Source: Amoebophrya sp. A120 (taxonomy: Eukaryota > Protista > Dinoflagellata). From it: a stretch of 64,000 nt of DNA. Every line of letters starts with the position of its first letter. Within the stretch, counting starts at the first letter, position 1. Under the pieces are notes generated by a model that worked only from the letters and a program-made list of their open reading frames with translations, searched no databases and had not been told where the DNA came from. Shown here in pieces: positions 60,606-64,000 of the stretch. The position numbers and the translations under genes are program-made. The stretch is taken from assembly GCA_905178155.1 (NCBI GenBank), contig CAJINV010000004.1:7694771-7758770 (forward strand), given 5' to 3'.

Positions 60606-63600
60606 ATGGCGCCCGGCGGCGGTGGCGGCGGGCGCGCCCGCCTGAACCGGAGCTTGATCGACGTGGACAGTCGGATTGGTCTAGACGGGCTTTCCGATTC
60701 GATCGCGCGCGATTTCAGTGCGTGCTCCGTGTCCGTGTTGTCGAAGGAGCAGATCCAGGACATTGCGTGCGTGCAAATCACCCACGCTAACATATTCGAC
60801 GAGTTTGGGACCATTCTCCGCAATGGCCTGCACGACGAGCGCATGGGCGGGTGGTCCGACCGCGCGGACACGCCCTGTCCGACGTGTAAGTTATCGATGG
60901 ACCAGGGGTGCGTTGGGCACTACGGCCGGATCAAACTCACCGAGCCGGTGTTTAACCCGTTTATGATGACCACGTTGGTGAAGCTGATGAAGAATTGCTG
61001 TCGAAACTGCAATAAAATCCGCATGCACGACGCGGAGAAAGAGAATTTGCTGAGAAAATTCCAGTACTGCCGCCTCGGGTTTCTCCCGCCCGATCGGGTC
61101 TTCGACAAGAAGGACGGCAGTAATTTAGAGCGCGAATTGGACGCGGGAAACGGGTTCGACGACGACAACAGCGCGGACACGGTGGTCAGGTACGAAGACC
61201 ACACGTACCTGGCGAGGTCGGAAACGAAGGCGGAACCCAGTGGTATACTAGAACGTTTTAATGATGGTTTTTTGCATGAGATGGAAATGTTAGATAGTAG
61301 TAGAGTCGGCTTGTTTAATATTCCAGCTGATCTTCGTAGCGACCATACTATTGCTGTATCATTGTAGAGTGTAGTCGTGCACGGATGTTGTTGCTGCGAC
61401 AGATTCTTAACTTTCAGTTTGACCGAAAACCACTTTCGCAAGTTACCGAAATATTTTTAAACTGAAAATATTCACAGCGTCCTCCTCCTCCTCTTCTTCC
61501 TCCCCAAAGACGAGCTCCGCTTCGCAAAACGACTCTTCCGTCGCCCACAAGCTGCGGGAGGAAACTTGGGAGGCGAAGAGCAGCGACGACCACCGGCAAT
61601 TTGCGAAGGATTTGATATCACAGTGCACAACTCCCCCTCCCCCTCATTTGTCATGCAATATACCCAATCCAACCTTTGAGTCTTGGCACTGTTTGCATGA
61701 CAAGTTCTGGTACCCCAAATAGCACTACAATCCAGTAGAAATTTGTCATGCAAAACCGGCACTCTTGCTGATGCTTGTATTGCCGCTTATGCAATATAAA
61801 TGAGGCGGAGGGGGAGTTGTGCACCGTCATATTTGAAAGAGTCCGTGCAGAAAGCGGACGAGAAAAAGCGCAACAAGGCTTTGCGGCAGTTGGCAAAGTA
61901 CTCGCACGACAACAGCCCGGACCGCGAGCTGCCGAAGCAGGGCACCGCGGAGTTTAACGCGGCGTTGCTCGAGACTTATCGCGGTTTGTTCGACTACTTT
62001 GAAAAGAACCAGCCCATGGGGAAGTGCGCCAACTGCGGTTCGTTATCGGATAAGTGGCGGAAGGACGGGTGGAGCCGGGTGTTTGTCACGTACAAGGACC
62101 CGAACACGGGCGAACAGGTGCAGAACCTCGCGATCCCGCGCATGGTGCAGAAGATGCTGGAGAAAATCTGGAACGGCGAGGATCAGGAGCTGTTGGAGTA
62201 CCTCTTCCCCGGCAGCCGGCACTTCGGCGCGGGCAAGGGCTGGGAACTGTTCTTCATGGAGGAATTACTGGTAACCCCGAATCAGTTCCGCGCGCCCCGG
62301 AAGACGACCAGCGAAATTTGGCAGCTGGACCACGAAAGTAAGTGTCTGCAGGCGATCCTGTTCGCCTGCGACGAGTTGAAGAAGGTCGCCGCGGAAAAAA
62401 CGAAGAACAAGGAAGGGACAGCGAACCAGGCGGGAGGCGGCGGTAGCGGTGGTGGTGATGCGGGTCAACGACAGGCACTACTGGACAACGCGGACGCCAG
62501 CACAGACCCGAAGAAACTTCAACTACAGGCGAACCTCGAGGACTTTGCGATGCAAAATGACAAAGCAGGAACTTTGAATGAGGGGACAACTGGAGAATTA
62601 CAGCAGCAGACCACAACAAAATCCGCATACCAACAGAAAATCGACGACACGGCGCTGGCGAAGGCGTACGTGACGCTGCAGGAGAAGGTAAACGTGTACA
62701 TGGATGGGTCGAAGGGCGTGTCCAAAGCGGAACTGGAATCCAAGGGCATCCGGCAGAAAATCGAGAAGAAGCAGGGTATGTTCCGCATGAAGATGATGGG
62801 AAAAAGAGTCAACTACGCCGGTCGCTCCGTCATCTCCCCCGAACCCAACGTCGAAACCAACGAGTATCAAATGCAAAAATGTCTGGGTCTGGAAGAGTGC
62901 CAGGCTTTTCATGCATATTTTGCGTGACACATTATGCCTGTAATGCATGGCCTAGCATGACGGATTTCTGGTGCGTATTCCGCATGAGAAATACCCTCTC
63001 CGCGTAGCACAAACTGGACTCCTTTTGCTGGTCATGCAATACAGACTTATCCTAGAATACAGACGCATCCTAGGGTTGCGTCTCGCTATCAGGGTTTCGC
63101 CAACTCCGCGGGGGCGTTGCGGGTATCTCCCTAAAACACCAAAACCGGCACAAATTGGGCCGGCAGTCCGGGTAATTGCTCACCAGCCGGTTTGTATGGC
63201 GGAATAAGGTGCTCGACGAACGAAGAAGTAAGCATGTAATTAGCACCTCCGGTTGGTAGAGCGATCGGCCACCGAGGCACGTCAGGGGGCGTCGCTACTT
63301 CAATTCAATTCAATCCAAAGACAGCATTACAAGTTGCAATCTCCCAGACCCAGACATTTTTGCAATCCATAACGAGATCGGCGTGCCGATTTTTATGTGC
63401 AAGGTGCTCGGCGTGCCCGAGCGGGTGTGGCAGGGGAACCTGCAGTACTGTCAGCAGCTCGTGCGCAACGGCAACGACATCTACCCGGGGGCGTCGCAGC
63501 TGTTCGTTCCCACGGCGGACGGTCAGCGGTACAACGTGATCGACCTGGACAAGCTGAATTTCGACGGGCGCAACACCCACGCGGAAAACCTGTCGGGGTC

Positions 63601-64000
63601 CGCGACGAATCTGGATTCCGAGCGACCCTACATCGTGTACCGAAACCTGATCGACGGCGACCCAGTCCTGATGAACCGGCAGCCCACGTTGCACAAACCG
63701 GGAATCATGTGTCAAGTGGTGAAGGTGTTGAAGAAGGAGAACACGCTGCGGTTCCACTACGCAAATTGTAACACCTACAACGCAGATTTCGACGGGGACG
63801 AGATGAACATGCACGCGCCGCAGGTAAATGGATCCTAATTTCATCTGATTGGGTTATAGGAGTTTGTCATGCGTCGAAAGCGAGTACCAGTACTAGAACG
63901 CGCATATTCATCATTTTTGTTTCTCGATTGTTGTTGCATCAGCACGTGTAAAGAACATTGTGTCAAATTATAACCCTTGGTGTTCCTATCTCGACCAAAA
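60606..64000 (+). CDS. RPA1: RNA polymerase I largest subunit (5' part; continues beyond the window)
   Basis: CPTC..C.GHYG, GIRQKIEKKQGMFRMKMMGKRVNYAGRSVISP, NRQPTLHKPGIM, LRFHYANCNTYNADFDGDEMN. GT-AG intron at 61243-61477, a donor at 63824, and two introners. Confidence 0.95.
61616..61831. mobile_element. Introner-like TIR element, family I
   Basis: TATCACAGTGCACAACTCCCCCTCC / GGAGGGGGAGTTGTGCACCGTCATA; DR TTTGA. Confidence 0.93.
62865..63371. mobile_element. Introner-like family B element with a nested insert of about 256 bp
   Basis: Family B TIRs; DR ACGAG; splits the conserved RPA1 sequence VETNE|IGVP. Confidence 0.93.

Noticed and set aside
354-63371. Assigning the elements to a named transposon superfamily or to ciliate IESs
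   Set aside because: No transposase is present in the window. The duplicated target is a variable 5-mer outside the TA, unlike Tc1/mariner or Paramecium TA-IESs.
1-63400. Repeated short ORFs with MSGSGR / FQTQTFL / CKNVWVW / LSC peptides as a protein family
   Set aside because: They are translations of the element TIRs and the internal 9-mer in various frames.

Overview
This is eukaryotic protist DNA, probably an alveolate. Its architecture strongly resembles the parasitic dinoflagellate Amoebophrya (Syndiniales); the organism is inferred, not established. The dominant feature is about 50 short (roughly 150-500 bp) non-autonomous elements in at least 9 families. They have terminal inverted repeats (TIRs) that begin TA(T) and end (A)TA, are flanked by 5-bp direct repeats (DRs), and share an internal TTGTNATGC motif. 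Most sit inside coding exons and lack GT-AG ends, yet removing each element plus one DR restores the reading frame, so they behave as non-canonical introner introns. Manual splicing recovers these genes: a low-complexity protein, an MZB1/pERp1-like KDEL protein, Acl4, a DRAM/Frag1/Sfk1-like membrane protein, a PLD6/Zucchini-like HKD protein, a DUF4116-containing protein, a small secreted protein, a ZC2HC1-like zinc-finger protein, monofunctional DHFR, Derlin, OST4, PPIL1-like cyclophilin and the 5' part of RPA1. The window also contains a GT-AG intron made entirely of minisatellite, a GC-rich block of hairpins and palindromes (28.5-35.1 kb), a MITE spanning an assembly gap, and a retroposon-like insert nested in an introner. 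All exon models are by-eye predictions with no RNA evidence.
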